Shown: positions 25,353 to 41,570, numbered from the stretch's first letter. The stretch is DNA of 64,000 nt from Yuukianura sp. NJ FZ-2021 (GCA_046563655.1 CM102284.1:7626001-7690000), one strand, 5' to 3'. A program made the numbers and translations. The notes: generated by a model from the sequence alone, not told the origin.

Positions 25353-26553
25353 CTTCTAAACTGGGCTTTCTGGAAGGGCCCCAATGAACAACTGAATCGA
25401 AAATTTCAGAAAAGACTTTGTCCTGAGCGTCTTAAGTTCTAGAAAATGAAGAATTACTAGGTTAAACTTTCTTCTGGACGCGGAAGGGGGCCCTTCAAGA
25501 CTTGTTTGTTCAAATAAGATTTTAAAATGAGGTCAAACACGAGTTATGTCTGTGTCTCTAGAATTCTCAATAAACTGATGCTGAAACTGAAATCTGAGAC
25601 GAAGTTTGCAAAAAAGTGGAGCAGACAGACACTACTCGTGAGTGAGAAATCAATGAATTTGGCAGCTTACCAAAGAAGATGCTGGAAGCGTTGCAGAAGC
25701 ATGTACTGTTGACCTCTACAAAAGTTGCAAGTTTTTGGCACCTTGCCAGCAGACTTTGCAGAAACGGAGACAGTTGAGCAGCGTCTGATGCTAATCTGGA
25801 CAATTTCGGGAGCTTATAAAGTCAAGGTCTGGAGGGAGGCACTTGCAAATTCCAATTATTGGCAAATAATTGCACTGATTAGCAAACTGGGATTAATTTC
25901 TGCAAGCAGAGCATCCGCCAGCACTTCTTTCTTAAACTTTTCCTCTATTATGCCTAATTTTCATTAAATTGGCCTTCACTTAACTACGCAATTAACCAAT
26001 TGTAATTACATTTCAGCACTTTAAGGGGGTGAGAAGTGGTTGGATGAATGAAGAACTAAAGTTAAACAGTTACTGTTATTACCATTTCAATTCAATAGAA
26101 ATTAAACACTCCTTTTGTTTTAAAATTTCAGTGTTTAAATAAGCGATTGAATGGACTGCGGACTTCACAATTCAAAATCAAGCGTGTCAGTAAGCGATTT
26201 TCAGAAGCCAAAAAATTTTAAGAAGGAGATGGTCATTAACGCCTCATTTGAGACACAAACAATCTCGTTCTTAAAGTTAAATACGCCATAAAATAACGAT
26301 TAACATTTCATCGCGTATGTGGAAGCGTAAGTCACATGACTTGACCTCTGACCTGGCAGAGGGTCTGACCACCTACGCTTGACTCCTGTTTACTCTTCCA
26401 TTGGTCCGCTGCGGAGGGTGTGTAAACAACACGTCATTTTTACAAAAAAAAAAGTTGTGCAAAAACAAATTCTGGAGCTGGAATTGAACAAATGACGCCA
26501 TTGCAAAGGCAAATTATTTGTCTCAAAATCGCAAAACCTAAAATTTCGAAAAT

Positions 26554-28155
26554 AAACTATATAAATTTAATTTATTAAACAGAATTCACAAACACCTGCC
26601 TAGGGCAGGTTGAAAAGGTTTAGAGTATATATTGAGAAAAGTTAGAGGTAAAAAATTTCGTCCAATCCTTTCCCCGGGGGAAGAGTGCCAAGGATTGATG
26701 CGGAGTTGCCACGTTGAATGGCGATGCTAATCCGTTGAAGCAAAAAGTTGGTGGATCGGAGTTCACCGGTGACCTCGGCAAGACGTTGACCAATTGACCT
26801 GATGAGAATTAGTCCTTCGGCTCCGAAGACCCCCGAAGTTTCAACAGCAATGATGGAGACGATGAATTGATGATTTAGGTCTTGATACACTTTGTGTTTC
26901 TGCAATTCAGCCAAAGCGGCAGGATAGCCACTTGAAGAAGAGGAAATGGAGAGGTACGAGTTGGCATAAGTGTCTCGGCAAGTGACGTCCCACACCAAAC
27001 AACGTCCAGTATTCCAAGGAATCAAAGTGATGCCGTCGGGGCGTTTTCCATCAGAACGAGAACAACCTGGAGGTTCTTTCAGGCTAGGGACTCCGGCTGT
27101 TTGAAAGGCTCGAGCAATAATATCGTTGATTGAACCATGTCTTGAGTGTCTTCCTGCACTTTTCGGACAACTCAGCCCGTGGAGACCGTCTTCGTTAACA
27201 GTTGCACCACAGCGACATTTGTGGGGTAGACATAAGTTGGTGCCAAGCCGCAAGGAGCACGAAATTCTGAAGCATTCGTTGGATAGAAGAGTCCCCAGTT
27301 GTGAAGAGGGTAGGGCCTTCAGCCAATCACCGGAATGAGCAGCAGCGGCAGCAATTAGTCTTGCTTTGTCAGTCAAAGTGGTGGAGTTGTTCAGCAGACT
27401 GGTGTAAATTTTCGATGACTTTAATATCTCCCATTCCTTCTGAACTTTGTGATTAGATGGAAAATCAAAATCGTTGGACCATTTGAAAGTTGCTAAGTCG
27501 TACGATGGATCGAAAGGCGATAGGTTACCAGGTAGGAAGGAGGTGATTAGGTCTGCGCAGCTAAAGATTGAAGCCAAAAAACAGAGCGTAGCGCAATCGT
27601 TAGCTTGGCGGATTCCCAAACCCCCTTGCGCCACCGGCAGAGATGTTTGAATCCAGGCATTTTCAGAAAGGCTTATGTTGAGAATTTTTTCCAAAACTTT
27701 ACGAAGAGAATCATCGTAGTCCTTCAGTAGGTCTTCTTCAAGAAATGAAGGTGCGCAGCGAAGGAAGTATGTCAGTCTTGGAATCGAAATTGAAGCTCTT
27801 AGTAAGAAGAAAGCCACGTGAGCCGGAAGAGCTAGCAGCTTAGACGAAAGTCTGTCGAAATCGTCGGTCTTAATCTTCAAAATTCGTCGTCCAGAAGCTT
27901 TGGATAATGGGGCTCCGAGTAGTTCGGCGTCTTCTTCATTGCAGACTCGTATATCAGGTGCGAACGAAAGAAATGAGCTAGTGATGGCTCTGGACTCCAT
28001 TTCATCGCCACCGATGACGATGATCTCACATTTCTGTGTGTTAAGTTGTAGGCCAAAAGATGCTGCGTTGGTGGTGATATGCTGCAGATACTTCAGGACT
28101 GTTTCCGGCTTGTCGGCTATGGTTGCGTCGTCGAGATACCATACGTTAAACTCTG
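26554..28155 (-). mobile_element. 5'-truncated CRE-like non-LTR retrotransposon (RT C-terminal half, Zn-knuckle and restriction-like endonuclease)
   Basis: Open frame 28155-26642 with WYLDD, GLQLN..KCE, LLGAP, SLPV.QGGLG, CRC..HGLSC, RH..IN, RPDG, WDVT, K..VY, AVETSG, QRGN. Candidate TSD AAATTTCGAAAAT at 26541-26553 and 28156-28168. Confidence 0.9.
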
Positions 28156-28923
28156 AAATTTCGAAAATTGTTTTAGATTTTTGAGAAATGAAGATCCGTA
28201 ACGAAGCGAGTCTTCCGGCGGCGGCAGAAATCGCTAAAAACTTGAATATTTTAAAGTTTTGTTGGAAAAAATTCCTTTTTTGTTTTGCTAAACGCCAGTT
28301 GAAAGTTAAACGCATTTAGTCTATGTATTTAATACAAAGGCACAATGTCTAAAATTTTTTATTTTTTATGTGACGTACAAGTTCTTTCGGCATTCTATTT
28401 TCCTCGACGTTTTTATTTAGTTCAGCGTATATTATTGTTGAATTAGTTAAGAAACATTGACTAAATACAATGAAAAAGTTCACGTATGAGTTAATAAACT
28501 TAATGAAACTTAAGCATGTAAAATGTGTGTGAAATTGAAAATTATTTAGTTCATGTTGCAATTTGATTCTTAATTCAATTGAATTGAATGGTAATTGCAA
28601 GATGCTGAGAGTCCAAAGTGTTAAACTTTGTTTTTGAAAAGATTGAATCAAAAATCATTCATATTTGGTCACCACATCATCATTTTTAGCAGACGCAAAA
28701 AATAGCTGTACCGTGTACGCTTGTTATCAGTAACAGAATTGATGATGTTGACATGTTTTGGGTGGCCTGACGAAAGCCAATGACATTCATTTAATATAGG
28801 AAGAGCTTACTATTATTCATACATTCAAGTTGTAAGTTCTAATCGGTTCTAGAAAGGTCAAACGTCAAGGAAAACTTGGTGCTTAAAAGTTGTTTACTTT
28901 TGGAACCTCGTGGACTGGATCAT

Positions 28924-30392
28924 TCAAGAGACAGGGAAGACACGCGTATTGGATTGTTTTCTGGCAAAGTATCTCGCTAGAGCTTCATCAAATGCTGGTC
29001 CAACTGTCCGTTTTTCCCAAATCGACCGCGGAGGAAGCCCAGGGTCTGCTGCTGGTTCAGTTTTCTAAAAAAAATTGCAAAAAAAAAGTTCGAAAAAAGC
29101 TTTTCCCAATGTAAAAAAAACTTTCTAACTCTACAAAAGTTTTGCTTACAATATCAAGGTCAACCTTCATGTCAGGAGTAGGAGAACGGTGGGTCTTAGA
29201 AACATCGCTGCGCGGCAGTTCTACTTCTTCTTTAATAGCCGGGGAATCCGATTCTTCACTGCTGCTTGAATGTTTTCTTCTTCTGCGACGTGAATCCGTC
29301 TCTTCTCTTTCGCGGCGTGAGTCACTGTCTGTTTTTCTATGTCGCGAATCGGTTCTTTCACGCCTATCGCGTGAATCTTCTCTCCTACGTGAATCTAGGT
29401 TTTCACGGATTCGTGAATCAAGTTCTTCCCTGCCGGGTGAATCGCTTTCTTGTCTGCTGGGTGAATCTGGTTCAGATTTAACTTCGGTGGCAATAGGTTG
29501 CGGTTGCTTTTCAAGTTCAGTTTCTTCCGGTTTGTCCACTTGCTGGCGATATAGATGCCGATAGAAACCGCTAAGATCGTTCTGTTTGGTTACATCAACC
29601 AGAGCTACGATAAACAATAAGCAAAATTGTTAGTGAAAAATTAAATTCAGTAGCGTCATGTGTGGTGACAATGACTTTACCATCAAGTTGATCACGACGA
29701 CGTTCTTCCTCCTTTATCCTCTCCAATTCCTCCATTTTCTTTCGATACGCTCCAGTAACAAAGGCTTCCTTGTCTTTGTACATGTCGCCTTCATTTTCTC
29801 TCTCCTTCTGCACCAAACGTTCGTTTCTGGCTTCTTCTTCTTGTTTCCGTTTCTCCGCAGTTTTGAGCAAATTCTCAATGTACTTTGGCTTTCGATCTTT
29901 CTTCTGAGCATCTTTTGAGGTCTCACGCTTTTTCTCCATGTCATCATACAGTTCATCGTATTCGTACACGCTTGGGTCATCTGCAAGCGCCTTCTTGATT
30001 GCTTGGATTGACTGTTTTTGCTGAATACTTCCGTGACTCTGTTTCTGAACAGGAAATGAACATTATGCTATCAATCGGCTGCTTTAATTGCTTCAGCGGA
30101 GAGCACAGTGTGTAACGTACCTTCATTGTCTTTCTAACCCAATCCGTATCTTCATCAACTTCATCGGAATCAGATTCATCGTCGCCAAATACGTTTCGTT
30201 TCCGAGGCGGTGGGGCCTTAGCAGCTTCGTTAGCTTTCGCTTCACGTTCTTTGGCCGGGATAATCAACCCATACCTAAATGAAACAAAGCACCGTAAGTA
30301 TGTCAACCAGTCAACCTCAACATTCAACAATGATTAATCGCATTTAAGATTACAGAATAACTAGTAATAACTTACTTTCCCTTCAAGTCCAT
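28924..30392 (-). CDS. NSRP1: Nuclear speckle splicing regulatory protein 1 (CCDC55)
   Basis: MDLKGK/YGLII, DDPSVYEYDELYDDM, KPKYIENLLKTAEKRK, DKEAFVTGAYRKK, DLSGFYRHL, an R/D/S-rich region, and C-terminal WEKRTVGPAFDEALARYFARK. Confidence 0.92.
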
Positions 30393-31099
30393 CGTAAATA
30401 AAGCCGATACCGGCAAACGTGAATCAATCAAGCTGTTACAGATCTGGAGACGAAACGAAAGGAATTATTACAGCAATAATAGTAACGAAACTAATTAGCA
30501 AACGAAGCTAAATTTAATTGTAATCGATTACTAGCGTGATTTGATTTGTTTATAACAAAAAAGAAAGATAATTTTTGAAAACTTCAAAATTCAAACTCGG
30601 ATTGGCGCCATGTATTTGTTTTGACGGGTTATTCGTAAACATGCAATCACAATAGTGCACACGTTTTAGCGGGATTTTGAATTTGGTATAAAAAAAGTTA
30701 TTTTACCTATTTCATATTTTCGTCAGAAATTTTAAGTTTTTGAATTTTCAACAGTTGAACTTGTTCACTTTTCAAATTAGTAATTTGAAAAAAACTAAAT
30801 CACCTTCTGTTGAAGTAAAAATCATAAGGGCACATTCGGACTCCTGGATTATGGTGTGATTTTGGTAAGAAAACAATCTGGAATTCAGTAATTAACAATA
30901 CGTTCAATTATTAATCGAACTGTTCAACGTAAACATTCAAAAATCTTGCTAAACACTGAGGTCATTAATTCATATGGTTCATATCATTAGGTTTTTGTAT
31001 CACCCGGAGCTGCATCTGGAAAACTGAAACAATTCTGACGGTGACCAACAGAAACGATCCAGAGACAAAGAAAAGCTAGAAGACTATCAATTTATTACG

Positions 31100-33837
<2,738 letters not shown>

Positions 33838-34442
33838 CCCTGCAACTCTGACAACATTTTTAGCCAGTTAAATTTAAATTTTCCTCCAAATCGTTTGTGA
33901 CATACCCAGGTCACCATCAAAGTGATTATGACATATGTCAAACATTTTCTTGTGTCAACTGTTGGTTTTGACTTTGGAGAAGTGTAAAGTTGTCCCTGAC
34001 CTTTGACCTTTGTGTTTGGCGTTTCTGTTTTGTGATAAATTCAAATCCCAAAGTGACTCCCCCGACTTCCAAGGCTTCATTTTTTAGTCGCTCGGCGTTT
34101 AAATCCATAAAAGTACTACTATTGGCATAATTAAGTCTAATTAATTAAAAGTTAGAGTTACTAATTGGGAATTGTAAGCTTCAAGAATTTGTGGGATTGC
34201 GAATTGTCAAAAGATACAAGCACTATCCTATTGAGAATTGGTGCTTGGTGACTGATTTTTAGAAAACCAATTGTATAAGTTCTAAATTATTGAAAATATA
34301 TTTTGTTGATTCGTTGATTAATTATAATATAGTATAATAGGAATTATAATAGTTATAATCAATTATCTTCAGATTAAAGTACCAAAGATTAATTACAAAT
34401 GATTACAACTAATAATAATAGAGGAATTAACAATATTAATTA

Positions 34443-34560
34443 AAACAAGTTGGTTTCTTATTGTTTCAGCTTTACACGCATAGACATTACTTGAGACACG
34501 TCTTCTCAAAAGCGCGGGATAATGGCTGAAATTAGCGTTTGAATAATTTACGTGGTGGGA
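34443..34560 (+). repeat. Short dispersed repeat (second copy at about 44471-44600)
   Basis: AAACAAGTTGG..CTT.TTGTTTC.GC and AAGC.CGGGA.AATGGCTGAAATTAG..TTTGAATAAT are shared by both loci. Confidence 0.65.
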
Positions 34561-34585
34561 GTAGCAGTTACTGGCACAACCCTCG

Positions 34586-35395
34586 TTACCCTCTGAATTT
34601 GTGTGGTTGGAAGTAGCAGTTACTGCACACCACCCTTGTCACCCACTCTGATTTTGAACTGAAGTTTAACATTGGGGGATAGGCAGAAGAGAAGAAAAGT
34701 TGAAAGGAGATTATGCGAAGCAGGAAGGCTACACTCCCTTCCCTATCCTTACCCTCTGAATTTGTGTGGTTGGAGTAGGAGTTACTGCACACCACCCTTG
34801 TCACCCACTCTAACTGAAGTTTAACATTGGGGGATAGGCAGAAGAGAGGAAAAGTTGAAAGGAGATTATGCGAAGCAGGAAGGCTACACTCCCTTCCCTA
34901 TCCTTACCCTCTGAATTTGTGTGGTTGGAGTAGGAGTTACTGCACACCACCCTTGTCACCCACGCTGATTTTGAACTGAAGTTTAACATTGGGGGATAGG
35001 CAGAAGAGAGGAAAAGTTGAAAGGAGATTATGCGAAGCAGGAAGGCTACACTCCCTTCCCTATCCTTACCCTCTGAATTTGTGTGTTTGGAGTAGGAGTT
35101 ACTGCACACCACCCTTGTCACCCACTCTGATTTTGAACTGAAGTTTAACATTGGGGGATAGGCAGAAGACAGGAAAAGTTGCCAGGAGATTATGCGAAGC
35201 AGGAAGGCTACACTCCCTTCCCTATCCTTACCCTCTGAATTTGTGTGGTTGGAGTAGCAGTTACTGCACACCACCCTTGTCACCCACTCTCATTTTGAAC
35301 TAAAGTTTAACATTGGGGAATAGGCACAAGAGAGGAAAAGTTGACAGGAGATTATGCGAAGCAAGAAGGCTCCCTCCCTTTTTTCCTATTCTTTT
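34586..35395. repeat. 162-bp tandem repeat array, about 5 copies
   Basis: Anchor TACTGCACACCACCCTTGTCACCC at 34621, 34783, 34938, 35100 and 35262 (spacings 162, 155, 162, 162). Units are nearly identical. Confidence 0.97.
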
Positions 35396-36064
35396 TCCCA
35401 GCACTTATCCTCCCCATTCAAAAAGCACACAAGAGCAAAACCCCTATCTGCCTCTTCGCTTCGTATAATATCCGATCTTCTTTTCTGCTCTCCCGTCCAT
35501 CTCCAATGTAAAAGACTCTTCTTCAAAAATCTTCAGCTTCTCCATACATTTCTTAAGTAAACTGCGTCCAGGAGTAACATTGTGTCCACCGTACGCGTGA
35601 CCCCTGATGACCCCATGGTCTGGACATCGTTTCTGGACACCGCAACTGGATTGTAACTTTGAAAAGCGTAACTGTAACTGTTTCCAGTGTTTCTTCTGCT
35701 GGTAGCATTCATACGAGTCGCAATTTTTTTAACCCAGTAAGCATAAACTAACATCAGTTAAGGTTTGGTCTAAATCTTAGAATTCCTTTATGAAAAAAAA
35801 AGCCCACTGGCATCTTTTGCTGAAAATAAATACTTTTATTAATATCTCTCAGCTGAAGTTACAGTTAAAGAAAAAATAATTTGGCATTTCGAAAAAAAAT
35901 TGAATTTACTATAATTACGCAAAATTCCGATCAATTCTAAGTAACTTGAATGTAATTCACACGCTACGATTTATACCTTAAGTTTTGTACAGAGAAGAAA
36001 CTAAGTTGAAAAAATTAGGATGAAGAAGTAATTTCGAAATGCTAGTTAGGTTTTGAACATTTTT

Positions 36065-37827
36065 CTAATAGGTGATATCCTCGTAATTGTAAGTATTGTA
36101 GCTGGAGTATTCGTTTCGTTCCGTAGTAGTGGCCCCCTGGAATGGATCACAGATACACTCCGGTTGATTGGGGTTGAACGACATGGCAAAAATGATGAGC
36201 ACAATCACTGGACAGCACACGGAACAGAACAACTTCAAAAGCTTCACTCCAATACGTCGACTGCGCTTCGACGGAATCCAGGATCCTGCATTGGACGACG
36301 ACGAGCCATAACCAGCATGATCGCTGATCCCTTCATCTTCTTCGTCAGTTGAAAAGTGATGTGAAATCTGATCGCTGAATCGCACTTTTCTTTGACCTTG
36401 AGCTGCTCTGCTATTGTTGGATACGTATCGCTCGAAATTTGACTGCGGAAATACTGGACTCAAGGCGTTGACACTTGCTGGTGAGTCGTAAACTTCGGTG
36501 GTGTAGCCAGACGAAGATCCAGACGGTGACGAAACGTTGTTGCTGCTGCTTGTGCTGCTACTGCGTCGTCGCTGTTGACGACTTGCACGATTGAACTTTT
36601 GGGCCAACAGATAACTGTAGACATGGACAACAATTGCCTCACGAGTAATCGGCATATCAAAGTTATCCAAAGCGTCTTTTGGAACTGGAACTACATTGTA
36701 GTGGTCTTGCCTGAAAAATAGCATTAAAAATAAAAAATTTGAAACAGAAAATCGAAAAGATTTCAATTTTTTTTTAAATTACGCTCTTTCAGGGCCCTCT
36801 TTCCAACTGAAAGTTCGAAATCGCCTGAGGTCGACGGAGTATCCAGAACCGAGGTCAAGACAAGAGTATTCAAATGCAAAGTAGCCAGGGGTCACGTGAT
36901 GACTAATTCGTTCCATCAATCGAACGTTTTGGTCCATCACCTACGAAAATTACAAAATTTTAGTAAAAACTTTCAAAAACTTTTCAAAATGTCGAAGAAC
37001 TTACCTCGTGTGAAATCCGGATGATGACAAGAGGTTCTACATCCGGTTGGTCTTGACCTCGTAGTGAATTGAGCATGACCTGAGAGTCACCCATGGAGAC
37101 ATCCATTTGCCTCCCGAGAATGACAAAAATGTCATCACGTTTGATACATGCAGCCAAAATTTGAGCCAACCCGCCACAACCTTTGAGTTTCACAATCCCC
37201 TCCGCCATTTTGTTTTCGCGTTTCCCGTCCACTTCAAATCCAACTTCCGCAGCATCAATTGTGATCGTATCGGAGAGTGAACTGTACACAAACGTCTCTC
37301 CGTAGTTCAATATCCCGTCTGACCTGTAGGCCTGTTCGCAGTGACCCATCAACTGAAAAACAAAACAGAATTTTAAGTTTCTTAACAAAATCTTTTTTTT
37401 TAAAAAAGGACAAACATTTGGTTCTTACCACAATGGAATCCAGCGGAAGTTGGGGAAATGCCTGACAGAGTTTAGCCGAACTTCGGTAAATTGTGTCCAG
37501 AAAGCCCGATTTCGGTATTCCGATCCAGATTTTCCTGTTGCCATTTTTGGCCGTAACGCGCATGTTCCACGACTCTTGGATCAAAGGATCCCGAAGTGTC
37601 CAGAGTGTCCAGGCTCTCGTTTTTGGATTCCAACCTTGACGTCCCATGTAGGTCATCTTTGGCATCGTAGCTGCTTCTAACTTTCGTCCATGTCCATGTT
37701 GTCCATTTCCCCATCCAGGAAATAGTGTTGAGGAATTCCGTTCTGATGATGAAGATGACATGCCAGAGTAAAATTCTTGGCGTTTTAATTGAGGGTAGGA
37801 ATAGTACTCGTCGAACTTTAAGGTCAT
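36065..37827 (-). CDS. Unknown protein, 4 exons, Ser-rich region and C-terminal TM segment
   Basis: Exon ORFs join in phase across short GT-AG introns (..LPLDSIV/LMGHCE..IRISHE/VMDQ..GPERA/QDHYN..). KRSRR is followed by the hydrophobic LLKLFCSVCCPVIVLIIFAMSF. No family recognised. Confidence 0.7.
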
Positions 37828-38591
37828 GCCGGTGACCTCAGAAGAAATGTTAGTGACCTCTAGATTTTGAACTGTTTTTGAGACAGTTTTGTGAAATTTT
37901 GAAAAAAAAACTAGACTACTACTGCTTCTATCTGACTAAAAGTCTAAAGGAAAAATAGAAATGTCGTTCACCTCCTTTTTCTTCAAACTCTAAATTACAG
38001 GTGAGTTCAGGAGGTTTAACGCATTGGATAATTCAATATTTTCGTTTTTAGCCTTGACTGTGTGTTGCTGACATACAAAACTCTATGAAACCAAAAGCTT
38101 CTTCTCCAAAAAGAGTAAAAATTGAGAAAACTAAAGCAAAAGGAGGACAAAATGACAGAAAATAGGCTTATTGATTTCCTTTTCCACAAAAGTTGAGTAA
38201 AAACCTAACAATCCAGAGGCTAAATATTTAAATCAACACACATTCAAAAAGGAACTATCAGTTTATGCGTCGTACTCGTAAGGCATTAAATCTCCTGAAA
38301 TGCAAAGCTCAAAGCACACTTGTCATCGTTTTTGTGTATTCACAACAATGTTAAACTTTGATTTAAAGACTATGCTAAACCTAATCTTGATTTAACTACC
38401 TAAACAGATTAGACTGAAAATTATTGATGGTTTTAGTTTGAACCAACAAAGAGTTAGTACTAACAAGGAATATCTTTGGAATAAAAATAACTTCGAATTT
38501 CAAATTTTGAAATTCAAAATTGGAATTCTAAAACATGAAACTTGAGGGAGACAAAAAGCATTATAGAAGCAGTAGGATAAAAATCGGATAG

Positions 38592-39013
38592 TAGGCAGTT
38601 ATCTGCAGACCACGTATCTTGAAACGTACGTTGTAACGTAACGTATCTTTTTTGAGATACGTGATACGTTTCCCGTATCTTTTTCACCAGTTTTCTGCAA
38701 GCCCCAAAACCAAAAACCGTAACGTCTAGCGCAAGTCCGTTTTGTTTACAAAAAAAAAGATGAAAAGAGTGATTTTCAAATTGCACCTGTTACAGATACA
38801 AAACAAACTTCTAAATGGATTCACACTTTGAACCGGGTGTGATTTGGAATTTAAGATACGTTTACGTCTCCCGTATCTCTCACGTATCTTTTTGATTTTT
38901 ACGTTAACGTAAGTAGATACGTTTACGTATCTCAAGCTCTTCACGTATCTTTTTCGAAAAGATACGTGATACGTTTACGTTTTCAAGATACGTGGGCTGC
39001 AGATAACTGCCTA
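38592..39013. mobile_element. MITE, about 420 bp, 33-bp TIRs with internal ACGTATCT/AGATACGT motifs
   Basis: TAGGCAGTTATCTGCAG(A/C)CCACGTATCTTGAAA at both ends in inverted orientation, and about ten internal ACGTATCT motifs in both orientations. The terminal TA may be the TSD. Confidence 0.88.
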
Positions 39014-39177
39014 GTATAAGATGTTAAGTTGAACTTGAAAGTGAATTCTAGCTTTTGAAATTGGAAAATCAAGTTTTTTCAAAGCATTTTTTTTTTGGAA
39101 ACTTTAGAAAAAAAAAAGTTGAATATTTTTGAAAAAATTGAATTTGTGGTGGTTTACGGTTTTAGAAGATAGTTGCT

Positions 39178-41096
39178 TTACTTCTGTTTCTTGCTGTCTC
39201 CAGCAGCATCCAGAGCTGCCAATCTCTGGAGAAGAGTAGGGTGAGAATGATACCAGGCCGAGTACAGAGGATCCGAAACAGGAAATCCTAAATTGTCTTT
39301 GTTCAACTTGATCAAGGCTCCACAGAGATACTGACGATAGCCCAATTCACGAGCAAAATCGTCTGCTTGAAACTCGAATCGACGGGAGAGGACGTTCATG
39401 AAGTAGCCCATAGCAGTATTGTAGATTTGGAGCAGAAATTGAAGGACGATCATCAGTCCGAGGAGAATTGGCTTCTCTTCGGATCCTTTCGGAAATCCAA
39501 AGGCTTCGTAGATTGTTGGATTTTGATAAAAGAAGGCAAAGAATGCAAAGATGAAGAAGACGTTGACTTGGGAGATGATAATGTTCTGAAGGACGTGGTT
39601 CAACTTCCAGTGTCCAAGTTCATGACCCAGAACAGCCTCAATTTCTTCATCGGAGCATCCTTGCTCAGCTTCTTTCTTCTTGTCTGCTTCGGACTTCTCT
39701 TTTTCTGTTTCTTCCTTGTCTGAACTCTCCTAGTTATCGAACAGAGTAATTAAGTAATTAGTTAGTTTTAGAATTCTTGTTGTACTTTTATGCTAGATGT
39801 CACTCGCTTGTGTAGCTTACTTTGACATATCCCTTGATCAGGGTATCGAAGAGGACGATTCGCTTGTTGTTGAAGAAGCCGTACATCTAGAACAGAAGCA
39901 AAAACGATTAAGTTGTCCTTATTAGTTAAACTACTAAATTGATTGTCAATCTGGTTGATTTACGTATGCATTTGAATGGGCGGAGCGTTTTGATCCTTCC
40001 ACAACAAATAACTTCTTGAGTGGAAAGTTGACTTTTGCAGCTAAATTTTCAATACGTGTCTTCAATGGTCCGTCTCGTAGTGGTGTATACTTGTCGAACA
40101 GTGGAGCAATCGCCACTGGATAGATTGTCATCATGAACAGAAGAACTATGAAGCAGAAGAACCAGAGGTAAACAAAAAAGTACTCTCCGCCAGCCTAAAA
40201 AAAGATTTTGCAAAAGACATCAGAAACAATATTTTCACTTCAGTTTTTCACTCGGCAAAACTACTTTCAGTTAGCTTATAGGTTACTGACCTGGACGATT
40301 TTGATGATAAGGCCAAGAATTGGTGTCATGATTAATATGGTTACTAAATTCTTTTTGATGAAGTCCTTGACGAAGAATCCAAAAGTTTGCTTGTTGAATC
40401 CATGTCTCTCTTCAATCACAAATGTACTGTAGATTGACAGAGGTAGTCCCACGATGTTGTTGAAAATTAAAGCAAGAATGGAAAATGCAATGCTTTGGCC
40501 AATTTCACGATCCCAGGACTCTGGCCAGTAATGGAAGGCGTCCAGCATCGGTCCAGCGAACTGCCAACCGTGGTACAAACCTTCGAAGGAAAGCAACGCC
40601 TGTAAAATTCAAATCCAGATAATCCAGAAATGTAATGTAATCTACTACAAGAAGACAGTTTTTCCATCAAATCTGCGCCAAAATACTTACGGTCAGGACA
40701 AACATTCCGTAAAACTCGGAGAATATGGAGAACGTATTCTTGTCGTATCCATATGCTCGGGCTTTCTCAAACGTCTCTTTATCTAGTGTCGTTCTCAATG
40801 GTGCTGGGATTTCGCTAGAGTTCTTATACACCTTGTTCTGAAAAATCAAAAACCATACCGTCATGTCAAATACTTTTCAAATTAACTTCAACATAAAACT
40901 AAGCTTAACAACGTTGATTACTTACTTGACGTATACAGAGATATAATGCAAAGAAGTACTCCAGCCAAAGACAGGTGATGATTGCCCAGTAGATATGAGA
41001 CGCTGTTACCCACTGGAACATTTCCAAGTTCAACCCTGAACTGGAAGGTACTGGTAACTTTGGCTCGCTCACGACGTTGCCGTGATCTTGCTGCAT
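39178..41096 (-). CDS. ZMPSTE24: CAAX prenyl protease 1 (STE24, M48 metalloprotease)
   Basis: [52 protein letters not shown] zinc motif, [27 protein letters not shown]. Confidence 0.97.
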
Positions 41097-41570
41097 GACT
41101 TTGTTTAATTTAATTACTAATTGACACGACTATCCTCAACGTCCTCCGCCTATTTCTTTCTCCAGCAAGTTGTCCAGGAAGGTCCACAGTCCGGATATGA
41201 TGATATGAATCGTCAGCAGTTGATTGAAAACTGATTAACTGTCACTTTTTCCAGTAACACACAAAAACACAAGTGTTGAATATCGTCCGACTAAAAGCCT
41301 CTCACCCTTTCCTACCGGAATGGAAAAAAGTGACATAGTTGGGCAACATTTTTAAAGGTGCAAATAAATTTGATCATTAATTGAATTAAATTAATTACGA
41401 GTGGACGTTAACTTGTTTAATTTTGAGCAAATCGAAGTTTAATTTGGAATGCAAGTAGATGGACGCAAGAGACTTTTGTTTTTAGAATTTAAAAGCGGAA
41501 CCCCTCTTCTCCCCTTCTTCGCGTCAATCACTTCCGGTAAATCGTTGGAGATTCCGTGTCAGACTAGAGC

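Noticed and set aside
25527-25967. Short ORFs upstream of ASPG as alternative coding first exons
   Set aside because: The candidate ATG exon ends in phase 2 and creates a stop when joined to the next acceptor. More likely UTR or intron.
28156-28315. N-terminal 50 or so residues of the 557-aa ORF as part of the retrotransposon protein
   Set aside because: They lie outside the candidate TSD and are AT-rich flank read in frame by chance.
29142-29564. Ser/Arg/Leu-rich plus-strand ORF
   Set aside because: It is antisense to the R/D/S-rich exon of NSRP1.
34586-35283. ORFs with 54-aa repeats (TRVVCSN...)
   Set aside because: A by-product of a 162-bp unit divisible by 3. There is no ATG context or splice structure, and a 7-bp deletion breaks the frame.
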